64,000 bases of DNA from Gemmatimonadota bacterium (GCA_036556205.1 DATBJW010000015.1:9674-73673), one strand, 5' to 3'. Positions 40,309-50,742 are shown, counted from the first letter of the stretch. Notes: a model not told the origin generated them from the sequence alone. Numbers and translations: made by a program.

Positions 40309-41285
40309 TCAGACCTTGATGCGAATGATCTTGCGGATGATGAAGAACCCCGTGATCTGCATGATCGCCGCCCCCGCGATCATCACGCGCCCGATCTCCT
40401 TCCGGAACAGGATCATCATGTACTCGTGGTTCATGGCCGCGATGACCACGCCCAACAGGATCGGCAGGCAGCCCAGCAGGTAGCCCGTGAGCCGGCCCTG
40501 GGCGGTGTAGACTCGCACCTGGCGCAGGATCTTGAACCGCTCGCGGATCGTGTAGGCGATCTTGTCCAGGATCTCGGCCAGGTTGCCGCCGACCTCGCGC
40601 TGGATCAGCACGGCGGTGACGAAGATGCGCAGGTCCACCAGGTCGATGCGCTCCATCAGGTTCAGGAGCGAGTCCTTGAGCGCCAGACCGAACTTCTGCT
40701 CCTCGAAGCAGCGCCGGAACTCCTCGCCGACGGGGTCCGGGCACTCCTCCCCCACCAGCTGGAAGCCGGTCGAGAACGCGTGCCCCGCGCGGATGGCGCG
40801 GGAGAGCAGGTCGATGGCCTCGGCGAAGTTGGCCTCGAAGGCCTCGATGCGCTTCTTCTTGCGCCGCAGCAGCCACATGTAGGGCAGGACGCCGGCCCCG
40901 GCCGCCGCCACCATCGGGAAGATGACCGGCAGGTGCAGGAGCAGCGTCACCAGGCAGGCGACCGTCGCCAGCGCCAGCGACAGCAGGTAGAAGGACCCCA
41001 CCTTCATCCGCACCGCGCCCTGCTCCATCAGGATTCGCAGGTCTTCGACCTTGGGCACCGCCTTGAGGATCAGGCGCATGAGCGGCACGTCGGAGAGCTG
41101 CTCCTCGCGCAGGATCTTCACGAGCCCCTCTTCCTCCATGAAGCTCTCGAAGGAGAGGTTGCGCATGCGGTCGGCGACCTTGCTCCGCATCGCCTTCTCC
41201 TTGCGCGCCTCGCGCAATCCGAAGAGGACGTAGACCAGACAGGCCATGAACAGCCCGCCCAGGAGCGGCACCAGCCAGGTCGTCA

Positions 41286-41286
<1 letters not shown>
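40309..41286 (-). CDS. tadB: Tad pilus platform protein TadB (T2SS F family)
   Basis: 325 aa with the same architecture. Immediately downstream of tadA with a 1-nt overlap. Confidence 0.85.
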
Positions 41287-42894
<1,608 letters not shown>

Positions 42895-42905
<11 letters not shown>

Positions 42906-44190
42906 GGGCGGCTACCTCCTCGCGCTCGCGCGGCTCGACCGCGGCCTTCGCGCGGCGGCTGAAGAGCTTGCCGAGCACGCTCGGCTTGGCCCCGTTGGCG
43001 GGTGCCGCGGCCCCGTCCCCGGCTGCCCGCGCCAGGCCCACGTCGCGCGCCAGGGCCTCGCCCAGGGACGTGACCTCCCGGGCGATCGGCGCGTCGGAAA
43101 CGGCGGCGAAGGGCTCGCCCGTGTTGATGGAGTGGATGACGGTGTTGTAGTCGTTCGACAGGACGTGAAAGAGGGGGAAGCTCAGGGTCTGCTCGATCTG
43201 GTCCAGCTTGATCGGCCCCCGCGTCGAGTAGCGGTTCACGATCAGCTTGATGGACTCCTTGGCGTAGCCCAGGCGGTCCAGCACGTGGAAGCAACGCTGC
43301 GTGTTGCGCAGGCTGGGCAGGTCCACGTTCGCGACCAGGCAGATGCGGTCGGCCTGGTCGAAGGCCGAGAGCGTGTAGTCGTAGAACGCGTTCGAGGTGT
43401 CCACGACCACGCAGTCGAACTTGGACTTGAGGAAGTTGAAGATCTGCCGGATCTGCTCGGGCGTGAGGGTCTCGCTGCGCTCCGGATTGGCGGGCGCGGC
43501 GAGGAGCTGGATCCCGGAGGGGTGCTCGACCAGGAAGCTCATCAGCAGGTTCTCGTCGATCCGGTGCAGGTTCTTCGAGAGGTCGAGGATGTTGTACTTG
43601 GGCTTGAGGCCCAGGAACAGCGCCACGTCGCCCATCTCGAGGTCCAGGTCCACCAGCACCACGCGCTTGCCGCTCTTCCTGTGCAGGGCCACGGCGGTAT
43701 TCGCGGCGACCATGGTGGCGCCGCTCCCGCCCTTGGTGCTGAAGAAGGCCAGGATCTGGCCCGCCGAGCTGCGCGCCGCCGGGACCGCGATCTTGGTCGC
43801 GGCCCGGTCCAGCGCCTCGTTCAGCGCGGCCTTGTCGAACGGCAGCGTGAAGTACTCCGAGATCCCGGCCCGCATGGCCTGCAGCAGCAGCTCCTGCGAT
43901 GTCGAGCTGCCCACGCCGAAGACGCGCCCGCCGTGCCCGGCCGACCGGTCGGCCAGCATGTGCGCCAGCTCGAGCGCGCTCTTGCGGTCAGAATCGAGGT
44001 CGAGGAAGACGACGCCGGGCTTGAGGACCTTGATGTCCTCGAGGTACCCGGCGTCGATCATCGTGAAGGGATGCGTGAGCTCGACGTCGAGCCGCACGTC
44101 GGAACGGTCGGCCAGGTGCTCGCGCACCGCCTCCCGCAACTCACGGCGCGGGCTGATGACGACGGCGGACACCTGGAGCGACTCGTCCAT
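42895..44190 (-). CDS. tadZ: TadZ/CpaE (receiver-like N-domain + ParA/MinD-type ATPase)
   Basis: Deviant Walker [17 protein letters not shown], plus [11 protein letters not shown]. The N-terminal roughly 120 aa are CheY-like. Confidence 0.85.
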
Positions 44191-44229
44191 TGCGCGGCTC
44201 CCGTCGAAAGGGTCGGGGTCGGCGGCGGC

Positions 44230-45594
44230 CTAGGGCCGGGCGCCGTCGGTGTGCCCCATCTTGCCCTGGAAGCCCTCCGTGTTGCCCTTGAAGTTCTCGT
44301 TGAACTGCGGCAGCTCGGGCACCGGCGACTCCCCGCTCACGATGTAGGGGGTCACGAGCACGACCAGCTCGGTCTGGCGCAGGCGGAACTGCCGGCTCTT
44401 GAACAGCCAGCCCAGGATCGGGATGTCGCCCAGGACGGGCAGCTTGTCGATGACCTCGGCCTGCTCGTTCCCGATCAGACCTGCGATCGAGAAGGTCTGG
44501 CCGTCGCGCAGCTCGACCGTGGTGGAGGCGCGACGCGTGTTCAGGGCCGGGATCACGAAGCCCGCGAAGTTCAGACCGTTCGCGAAGTCGAGCTGGCTCA
44601 CCTCGGGGGCGACCCGCAGGTTGATGAGCCCGTTGCCGACCAGCAGCGGCGTGAAGTTCAGCCGGATACCGAACTCCTTGAACTCGATCGTGGTCGTGAA
44701 CGTGGTCCCCGACGGCTGCACGATCGGGTACGGGAACTCGCCGCCCACGAGGAAGCTCGCCGAGTCGCCGTTGGCCGCGACCAGGTTGGGCTCGGCCAGC
44801 ACCTGCAGGAGGCCCCTCTCCGAGAGCGCGCGGATGAACAGGCCCACGGCGGCGTCGGGCTCGAAGAAGTAGAGGTTCAGAGCGTCCGAGAAGGCCTGGT
44901 CCGGGCCCGGGGGGTTGTTCAGGAAGTTGCCGCCCGTGCCGCCCGGCAGGGCCATGCCGATGTGACCCTCGGTGTCGCCGCGCAGGTTGAACGGATCGAT
45001 GCGCGTGGCCTTGAGGCCCCACTCCTGGAGCTCCTGGCGGTTGACCTCGGCGATTCGCACCTGGAGCAGGATCTGGCGCGAGTCCGTGACCTCGAAGGCA
45101 TTGATGACCCGGGTCGAGTCGGCCGCGTAGGTGCGGGCCAGCTGCATCGCCCTCGAGACGGTGTAGGGATCGCTCACCGGCCCCGACAGCACGACCAGGT
45201 CGCGGTCCACCTGCACCTGGATCGGCTGGCCGGGGAACATCTCGGCGATGCGCGCCTGCAGGAGCTGGGCGTCGTTGCTCACCACGACGTCGTAGATGCG
45301 GTTCGAGCCCCCGCCCGAGAGGATCAGGCTGGTCACGCCGGGCTTCTTGCCGTTCACCAGGACCTCGCGCGGCGTGAGCACGACCGCGTCGAGGACCTCG
45401 GGGTTGCCCACCGAGACCCGGGCCAGGCCCTGGGGGAAGGACACGATCGAGGACTTGCCGGCGGTGATCTCGAGCGTCTGCCCAATGGGCTGCTCGACGA
45501 TGGCGGGCTCCTGCGACCGGAGCCCCGCCGGCGCGAGGGCGAGCAGCAGGGCGACGAGCGCCCCGCGGACGGGTTTCGCGAACCTGCGCTGCAT
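44230..45594 (-). CDS. cpaC: Tad secretin CpaC/RcpA
   Basis: Start trimmed to MQRRFAKPVRGALVALLLALAP (signal peptide). BON-like and secretin N domains. C-terminal secretin core LPVLGDIPILGWLFKS...ELVVLVTP. Confidence 0.9.
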   Translation of the reverse strand: MQRRFAKPVRGALVALLLALAPAGLRSQEPAIVEQPIGQTLEITAGKSSIVSFPQGLARVSVGNPEVLDAVVLTPREVLVNGKKPGVTSLILSGGGSNRIYDVVVSNDAQLLQARIAEMFPGQPIQVQVDRDLVVLSGPVSDPYTVSRAMQLARTYAADSTRVINAFEVTDSRQILLQVRIAEVNRQELQEWGLKATRIDPFNLRGDTEGHIGMALPGGTGGNFLNNPPGPDQAFSDALNLYFFEPDAAVGLFIRALSERGLLQVLAEPNLVAANGDSASFLVGGEFPYPIVQPSGTTFTTTIEFKEFGIRLNFTPLLVGNGLINLRVAPEVSQLDFANGLNFAGFVIPALNTRRASTTVELRDGQTFSIAGLIGNEQAEVIDKLPVLGDIPILGWLFKSRQFRLRQTELVVLVTPYIVSGESPVPELPQFNENFKGNTEGFQGKMGHTDGARP

Positions 45595-45669
45595 GCGAGA
45601 GGTCCTTTCCAAGGCTAGAGAGTCAGCTTCCAGAAACTCCCCCACCGGCGCCCGACCGTGCGCGCCGGA

Positions 45670-46503
45670 TCAGAACGTCTCCTTCGTCTTCTTGTCGCCC
45701 AGGATGACCTCGACCTGCGTCGAGGGTCGCGGGGCGACGACCCGCCGCGGCGCGTTCGCCGCCGGGGCCGGCCGGCTGGGCTCGCTGACGAGCTCGGCGG
45801 CCTGGATGCCCTCCGTCGAAACCGAGTCCATATCCATCGCGTTGCGCAGCGCCATCTGGATCTTCCCCTCGGTCGACGCGAGCGTGAGCTTCTCGGACTC
45901 CTCGGGCGTCACCAGCAGCGTGATCACGGTCACGGTCTGCGGCTTGCCTTCCGCGTCCTTCTCGATCTTCTGGCCGGAGGCCAGCACCTTCACGTTCTGC
46001 AGGATCAAACGGGTCGTGGCGGGCTTCTGCGAGTCTCCTTCCGTCTCCGGGTTGAGGGTGACCAGCACGTCGACGCGCGTGCCGGGGAGCACGAAGCCGG
46101 CGACGCCGACGACCTCGTCGACTTTGACGCTGACCGCCCGCTTGCCTTCGGGGATCACGACCGGCAGCCCGCCGCCGGCGCCTTCCGGGGCGAGCTTGGA
46201 GGAGAGGATCGGCTCGTTGGCGGCCACGTCCACGATCAGGCCGCGTCCGACCACGTCCTTCTCGGTGGCGAAGTAGCCGTCAGGCAGGGTGCCCGTGGTC
46301 CAGGCCACCGTCTTGACGTGCCCTTCGGTGAGGAACGTGCCCAGCGGAATCTGCGCGGCAGCCACGACCACGGTTCCAGTTGGGGTTTGCTCCGCGGCGA
46401 CGGCCGGCAGCGGGCGCTTCAAGTAGTTGAAGGTCAGCATGCTGGCCGCAAGGCCGGTGATGCCCGCTACGACGAGGGCGACCAGGAGCTTCTTGCGGTT
46501 CAT
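45670..46503 (-). CDS. cpaB: Flp pilus assembly protein CpaB/RcpC
   Basis: N-terminal anchor MNRKKLLVALVVAGITGLAA, a SAF-like domain and a beta-rich C-terminal region. Confidence 0.85.
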   Translation of the reverse strand: MNRKKLLVALVVAGITGLAASMLTFNYLKRPLPAVAAEQTPTGTVVVAAAQIPLGTFLTEGHVKTVAWTTGTLPDGYFATEKDVVGRGLIVDVAANEPILSSKLAPEGAGGGLPVVIPEGKRAVSVKVDEVVGVAGFVLPGTRVDVLVTLNPETEGDSQKPATTRLILQNVKVLASGQKIEKDAEGKPQTVTVITLLVTPEESEKLTLASTEGKIQMALRNAMDMDSVSTEGIQAAELVSEPSRPAPAANAPRRVVAPRPSTQVEVILGDKKTKETF

Positions 46504-46518
46504 CTGAAGGTGCCCTCC

Positions 46519-47046
46519 TCAGAGGTTGCCGAGATGGGACGCGAAGGTGAACGCCATCCCGCCCGCGATCGCCAGCCCGTAGGGCAGCACGATCCCGCGG
46601 CTCGATCCCAGGCTCACTGCCGGACAGGGAATGAGCCCGCGCCCACGCCAGTGCAGGAACAGGGTCCACAGGTTGTGAGCGGTCATGGCCCAGGCCCGGC
46701 GCAAAACGATACATGCCAGAGCCATGCCGCCGCCCACGAGCGCCGTGGCGACGAGCAGCTGCAGGCCGGCCTCCGGGCCGAGGAGCGCCCCACAGCCGGC
46801 CAAGAGCTTCACGTCGCCCCCGCCCATCGCCTTGAGGCGGAAGAGGATCAGCGCCGGAAAACCGGCGGCGAAGGCGCCCACCACACCCACCGCGAGGTCC
46901 GCAGGGCCGTGCAGCAGCGTGCGCAGCGCCAGGCCCGCGGCCAGGGTCCCGAGGGTCAGCCAGTTCGGGATCCGGCGCGAGCGCAGGTCGAGGCCGGCGG
47001 CCAGGGTGGCGGCGAGCAGCGCGATCCAGAGCAGCAGAGGGTCCAC
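46519..47046 (-). CDS. cpaA: Prepilin peptidase CpaA/TadV (A24 family)
   Basis: 175 aa and polytopic. LDLRSRRIPNWL and GGGDVKLLAG carry the two catalytic Asp motifs. Confidence 0.85.
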   Translation of the reverse strand: MDPLLLWIALLAATLAAGLDLRSRRIPNWLTLGTLAAGLALRTLLHGPADLAVGVVGAFAAGFPALILFRLKAMGGGDVKLLAGCGALLGPEAGLQLLVATALVGGGMALACIVLRRAWAMTAHNLWTLFLHWRGRGLIPCPAVSLGSSRGIVLPYGLAIAGGMAFTFASHLGNL

Positions 47047-47070
47047 GTGAGGCGGTCCGGTGAACGGACG

Positions 47071-47115
47071 GAGAAAAACGTCGCGGCCGGTCCGCGGCAG
47101 GACCGGCTCGCGACG
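47071..47115 (-). terminator. Intrinsic terminator/attenuator after the flp genes
   Basis: Minus strand reads CGTCGCG(A)GCCGGTCC-tgccgc-GGACCGGCCGCGACG followed by TTTTTC, located 25 nt after the flp stop. Confidence 0.6.
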
Positions 47116-47139
47116 GGAAGTGAGTTCGACGGCGGCGAG

Positions 47140-47310
47140 CTACGGCGTGACGAGCTTGCCCGTGATGTCGTTGAAGACCGTCTGAACCTGGCCGCCCAGC
47201 GCGGCCACAGCGGTGATCACCACGAGAGCGATCAGGGCGATCAGGAGGGCGTACTCCGCCAGGTCCTGGCCCTCGTCGTCGCGCAGAAGGTTCATGAAAA
47301 GCTGCAGCAT
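47140..47310 (-). CDS. flp: Flp-family type IVb pilin (56 aa)
   Basis: Below the track size cutoff, so translated manually: MLQLFMNLLRDDEGQDLAEYALLIALIALVVITAVAALGGQVQTVFNDITGKLVTP. G/QDLAEY is the Flp prepilin cleavage motif (G/XXXXEY). RBS AGGAGG lies 6 nt upstream. Confidence 0.88.
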   Translation of the reverse strand: MLQLFMNLLRDDEGQDLAEYALLIALIALVVITAVAALGGQVQTVFNDITGKLVTP

Positions 47311-47345
47311 CGGTCGTCCTCCTGGGGGAGGTTGGGGTTGAACGT

Positions 47346-47522
47346 TCAGCTCCCGAACGGAAGCGTGGCCACGATGTTGTTGTAGAATCCGACCAGTCCG
47401 CCGCCGAACGCGGCGACTGCGCCGATAACGGCGATGGCGATCAGCCCGATCAGCAACGCGTACTCGGCCAGGTCCTGGCCAGACTCGTCTGCCACGAGGT
47501 TCCCAGCCTGCGGGCCAGCCAT
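47346..47522 (-). CDS. flp: Flp-family type IVb pilin (58 aa)
   Basis: Trimmed from track ORF 47346..47705: MAGPQAGNLVADESGQDLAEYALLIGLIAIAVIGAVAAFGGGLVGFYNNIVATLPFGS. Same G/QDLAEY motif. RBS GGAGG upstream. Confidence 0.88.
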   Translation of the reverse strand: MAGPQAGNLVADESGQDLAEYALLIGLIAIAVIGAVAAFGGGLVGFYNNIVATLPFGS

Positions 47523-47634
47523 GGGACCTCCGGAGCGAGGTTGAATCTGAACAGCCGGCCCCACGGAGCTCATCCGTTCTGTGCGAGCGAAAAGCGACTG
47601 GATGCGGCGGCGGTTCATCTCGGCAGGGTCCAGA

Positions 47635-47650
47635 AGCAACGGGCGTGCCC
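47635..47650 (-). promoter_or_regulatory. Sigma-54-type (-24/-12) promoter upstream of flp genes
   Basis: Minus strand reads ctGGGCACGcccgTTGCTtc versus consensus TGGCACG-N4-TTGCW. GG and GC are correctly spaced, with only the first T mismatched. Lies about 110 nt upstream of the first flp ATG. Confidence 0.45.
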
Positions 47651-48010
47651 AGGACACCACGGAAGAGGGGGGAGGGAGCGGCCGGGGAGGCTCCGGGCCG
47701 TCCAAAACCCGGTCATTCTCGATTTGCGGGGCGCCTCAGGGCGATCCGGGTTCGCCGATAGGGCGTTGAAACAAGAGGAGTTGTCCACATTAGAGGAAAT
47801 CGCCTTCCCGGGCCGCCCGGAGGGGGCCCGAAAAAGTCTTTCGAGGCGGGTCGCCGGGGCCTCGCAAACCCGCCTCCCGGCGGCTCGAAGGGGGTCGGGG
47901 ACCGAGAGTTTTGCAACCTCGGTCGCACATTGCCACCTGGCCGCGAGGGTCCGAAACGCGGCCGCAGCGCCCCTTCCGGAAAGCCCTTTGCGGGCGCTGT
48001 TCCGGCCACG

Positions 48011-48044
48011 AAAAAAGGCCCGCCGGGCGGATGCCCGACGGGCC
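48011..48044 (-). terminator. Rho-independent terminator of the regulator gene
   Basis: Minus strand reads GGCCCGTCGGGC-atcc-GCCCGGCGGGCC followed by TTTTTT. The stem is 12 bp with one G-U pair. Confidence 0.8.
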
Positions 48045-48086
48045 GCGTGTCACACGACGCCGCGCTGCAGTCGGCGCGCGTCGGCG

Positions 48087-49040
48087 TCAGTTGTCGAGCC
48101 GGTAGTCGCGAACCTTGTTCAGCAGCGACTTGTAGCTCACACCCAGCTCCAGCGCCGCCGCTTTCTTGTTCCAGCGCGTGCGCTCGAGCACGCGCTGGAT
48201 CGCGCGGGCCTCGGCCTTCTGAGCGGCGACCTTCGAGATCTCGGCCAGCTTGGTCCCCTCGGGATAGTCCTCGGTGTCGTAGCCGTTGCGCGACTGGCGG
48301 TGCCAGATCTTCTCCTCGAGCTCGCGGCGGATCGTGCTCTCGTCTTCCATCACCAGGAAGCGGCGGATGACGCGCTCGAGCTCGCGCACGTTGCCCGGCC
48401 AGGAGTACAGCTTGAAGAGATCGATGAGGCTCGCCCGCAGCTGCTTGATCTTGCTCGAGTAGAAGGGCGAATAGAGCTGCATGATGTGCTGCGCGAGCAG
48501 GCCGATGTCCTCGGGGCGCTGGCGCAGGGGCGGGAGCGTGACGGCGACCGCGGCACGCTCCTCGGCGATGCCGCGCAGCAGCTTCTTGACGGCGCCCTCG
48601 TGGTCGGGCGTCTCGCTGGAGAAGATGAGCCGCGGGGCTTCGTCCGGCGGGTCGCCGTCGAAGAGCGCGAGCGTGGTCCCGAAGCGCTCGCAGACCTCGG
48701 GGCTGAAGGTCTCGACACCGTTGACGAACAGTGTGCCGCGGCGCGCGCGCTCGAAGGGTGTCGTGGCCTCGGGCGCGTGACCGAAGAGCTCCGTGCCGAG
48801 CTGCCCGCGCGGGACCACGTAGCAGTTCACGCGTACGAAGGAGCCCGCCGAGCGCGGCGAGAGCCGGTGCAGCGTGTGCGCGAGCGCCTCCTTGCCGAGA
48901 CCCTTCTCACCCGTGAGCACGACCGGCACGCGGGTGGGTGCCACCTCCATCAGCTTGTCTCGGATCTGGAGCACCCGGTCGTTGACCGAGAGCAGAAAAT
49001 CGGGATGGGCGCCTTCGTCCCAGTAGGATGTCGATTCCAT
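48087..49040 (-). CDS. Sigma-54 activator-like (bEBP-like) Fis-family regulator with degenerate AAA+ core, no sensory domain
   Basis: Trimmed to MESTSYW (start 49040). The AAA+ core aligns to the NtrC family (VVLTGEKGLGKEALAHTLH, ELFGH, PPLRQRPEDI, WPGNVRELE). The C-terminal HTH_8 is RTRWNKKAAALELGVSYKSLLNKV. GAFTGA is absent (ELFGHAPEATTPFERA), and Walker B is LFVNGV instead of LFLDEI. Confidence 0.85.
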   Translation of the reverse strand: MESTSYWDEGAHPDFLLSVNDRVLQIRDKLMEVAPTRVPVVLTGEKGLGKEALAHTLHRLSPRSAGSFVRVNCYVVPRGQLGTELFGHAPEATTPFERARRGTLFVNGVETFSPEVCERFGTTLALFDGDPPDEAPRLIFSSETPDHEGAVKKLLRGIAEERAAVAVTLPPLRQRPEDIGLLAQHIMQLYSPFYSSKIKQLRASLIDLFKLYSWPGNVRELERVIRRFLVMEDESTIRRELEEKIWHRQSRNGYDTEDYPEGTKLAEISKVAAQKAEARAIQRVLERTRWNKKAAALELGVSYKSLLNKVRDYRLDN

Positions 49041-49111
49041 CAACGACGTCGTGTGCGGGTGGGTGGAAGCCGATTTCAGGAAGGGAGAACAGCAAGAACG
49101 ATGCCCGAAAT

Positions 49112-49148
49112 GGAACGAGGGAGCCCACTTTTGGGGCTCCCTCGTTCC
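49112..49148 (-). terminator. 15-bp perfect-stem hairpin downstream of the Phe-rich protein gene
   Basis: GGAACGAGGGAGCCC-acttttg-GGGCTCCCTCGTTCC. On the minus strand it is followed by ATTTCGGG. Confidence 0.55.
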
Positions 49149-49224
49149 CACGGTCTGTCTTCGGTTTCGCCGGCGAAGTGGCTTCCTCGTCCGGTCCGCC
49201 GGGACTCTACGGCCGTCCCCCGCT

Positions 49225-50742
49225 TCAGCTTCCCAGCGTCTGCCTCAGCAACCTGTCGGCGTAGGGCTCCGCACCCACGCCGCTCAGCAGGGAGCGCGCG
49301 GCGTCGAGCTCGCCGCTGAACAGATACAGGACACCCAGGTCGAAGCGGCCGTCCAGATCGTCCGCCCGGTGCCGCACGTAGTCCTCGAGGCGACCCTGCA
49401 CCTCCCGGAAGGCGGTGCGCGATCCGAAGAGCGCGGGGGCGTCGAACACGACGACCTCGTCGGGCGCGTAGTCGTCCACCCCGCGCCGGAAGGCGACCGC
49501 CGCGTCGCCGTAGCGGCCGAGCGCCAGCAGGGCCATCCCGCTCGCCAGCTCGCCGCGCCCGTCGTCGGGCGCTTCGCGCGCGAAGGCGTCGAAGGCCGAG
49601 AGCGCGGCCGCGAAGCGTCCCGCCGCCATCTGTCGCCGGCCCTCGTCGAAGCGGGCCGAGGCGGGGAACGCGGCACCCGGAGGAGCGTAGCCGTAGTCGG
49701 GCTCAGCGTAGCCCTGGAGATCCATGCCGTAGCCGGCGCTCGAGCCGTTCTCGACCCCCGACGAATAGCCTTGGTTGAAACCGTTCTGGTATCCGTTCGC
49801 GTAGTCGAGGCCGGAGTTGTAGTAGGACGACGTCCAGAAGCCCGGCCAGCCCCAGTAGAGGCTCCAGTACCCCGGGCCGAAGAAGACCGGCCGCCCGAAG
49901 CCGAACCGGTAATTGAAGAAGAAGGGATCGCCGTAGACGAAGCGGTGGCCGAAGAAGAACGGATCGCCGTAGAAGAACGATCCCCCGACGAAGAAGCCGC
50001 CGTTGAAGAAGAAGGGATCGGCCACGAAGAACGGATCGAACACCACGACCGTGTTGCCGTGATGGTGCAGGCTTCGCTTGTGCCAGTCGCTGGAGTCCCA
50101 GCCGTGCACGGGCAGCGTTCCCGCCGGCAGGAAGCGCTTGCCGCCGGCGCCGGAAAGTGAGCCGCGGCCCGAGCTGGAGCCGGAGCTGGAAAGGGAGCCG
50201 CGGCCGGAGCCGGAAAGCGAGCGGCGACCGGAGCTGGAAAGGGAGACTCGTCCCGAGACGGCCTGATCGGACCCGGCGAGCGCCAGCGTCGTAACCGCAC
50301 GACCGCGCGTCGTCGGGAACTGCGGCGAGAGCGTGCTCACTCCAGGAGGCACGGCCTTCAGCCCGCTGCTGCCCTGGCCGGCGGTCCACATCCCCAGGGT
50401 CGCCGGGGCACTGGCCACGCGCCCGCGACCGGGGAAGCTCGGGGAGAGCGTGGGCGCGTTCAGAGCCGGCCGGCCGCCGGAGGATCCAAGTGTGGCGAGC
50501 CCGCTCGGCGAGCGCGGCGCCGCGGCGGAGCTCATGCGCCCCGAGGATGACCGGCCGAAAGAGCCCGACGAGCGGGGTGCCGTGACCGGACCCATGCGTC
50601 CCGCGGAAGACCCGCCGAAGGAGCCCGACGAGCGGCCGCCGCGCGAGCCCATCGTGGACTTCTGTGCCTCGAGCGTGGCGGCGAAAGCGGCGACGAGAGC
50701 GAGCGCGAGCGTCGCGCGGCGGGCGAAGCGGGAACGGCTCAT
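49225..50742 (-). CDS. Secreted low-complexity protein: Ser/Gly/Arg-rich region, DPFFF aromatic repeats, Tyr/Gly/Asn-rich region, TPR-like C-terminus
   Basis: Trimmed from track ORF 49225..52128 to MSRSRFARRATLALALVAAFAATLEAQ (signal peptide). High GC3 throughout. See findings. Confidence 0.75.
   Translation of the reverse strand: MSRSRFARRATLALALVAAFAATLEAQKSTMGSRGGRSSGSFGGSSAGRMGPVTAPRSSGSFGRSSSGRMSSAAAPRSPSGLATLGSSGGRPALNAPTLSPSFPGRGRVASAPATLGMWTAGQGSSGLKAVPPGVSTLSPQFPTTRGRAVTTLALAGSDQAVSGRVSLSSSGRRSLSGSGRGSLSSSGSSSGRGSLSGAGGKRFLPAGTLPVHGWDSSDWHKRSLHHHGNTVVVFDPFFVADPFFFNGGFFVGGSFFYGDPFFFGHRFVYGDPFFFNYRFGFGRPVFFGPGYWSLYWGWPGFWTSSYYNSGLDYANGYQNGFNQGYSSGVENGSSAGYGMDLQGYAEPDYGYAPPGAAFPASARFDEGRRQMAAGRFAAALSAFDAFAREAPDDGRGELASGMALLALGRYGDAAVAFRRGVDDYAPDEVVVFDAPALFGSRTAFREVQGRLEDYVRHRADDLDGRFDLGVLYLFSGELDAARSLLSGVGAEPYADRLLRQTLGS

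Noticed and set aside
38138-40876. Long N-terminal extensions of track ORFs: 38138..40876, 36657..38846, 49225..52128, 23014..24780, 17396..19366, 7489..8829, 6157..7140, 22178..23308, 24767..25576, 55485..56804 and 11046..13124.
   Set aside because: In each case the recognisable protein begins at an internal ATG or GTG. That start either overlaps the stop of the true upstream gene or is followed by a signal peptide or the family N-terminus. The extension runs antisense to or out of frame through a neighbouring real gene.
47713-48053. ORFs 47713..48009(-) and 47790..48053(-) in the flp upstream region as extra pilin or minor-pilin genes.
   Set aside because: The translations are Pro/Arg/Gly-rich, with no G/XXXXEY or hydrophobic pilin core. 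They overlap the regulator's terminator.
49041-49151. Upstream ATG at 49151 as the start of the bEBP-like regulator.
   Set aside because: The extension (MGTREPQKWAPSFHFGHRSCCSPFLK...) would be translated through the 15-bp perfect hairpin terminator at 49112-49148 and has poor coding character. The ATG at 49040 was preferred.
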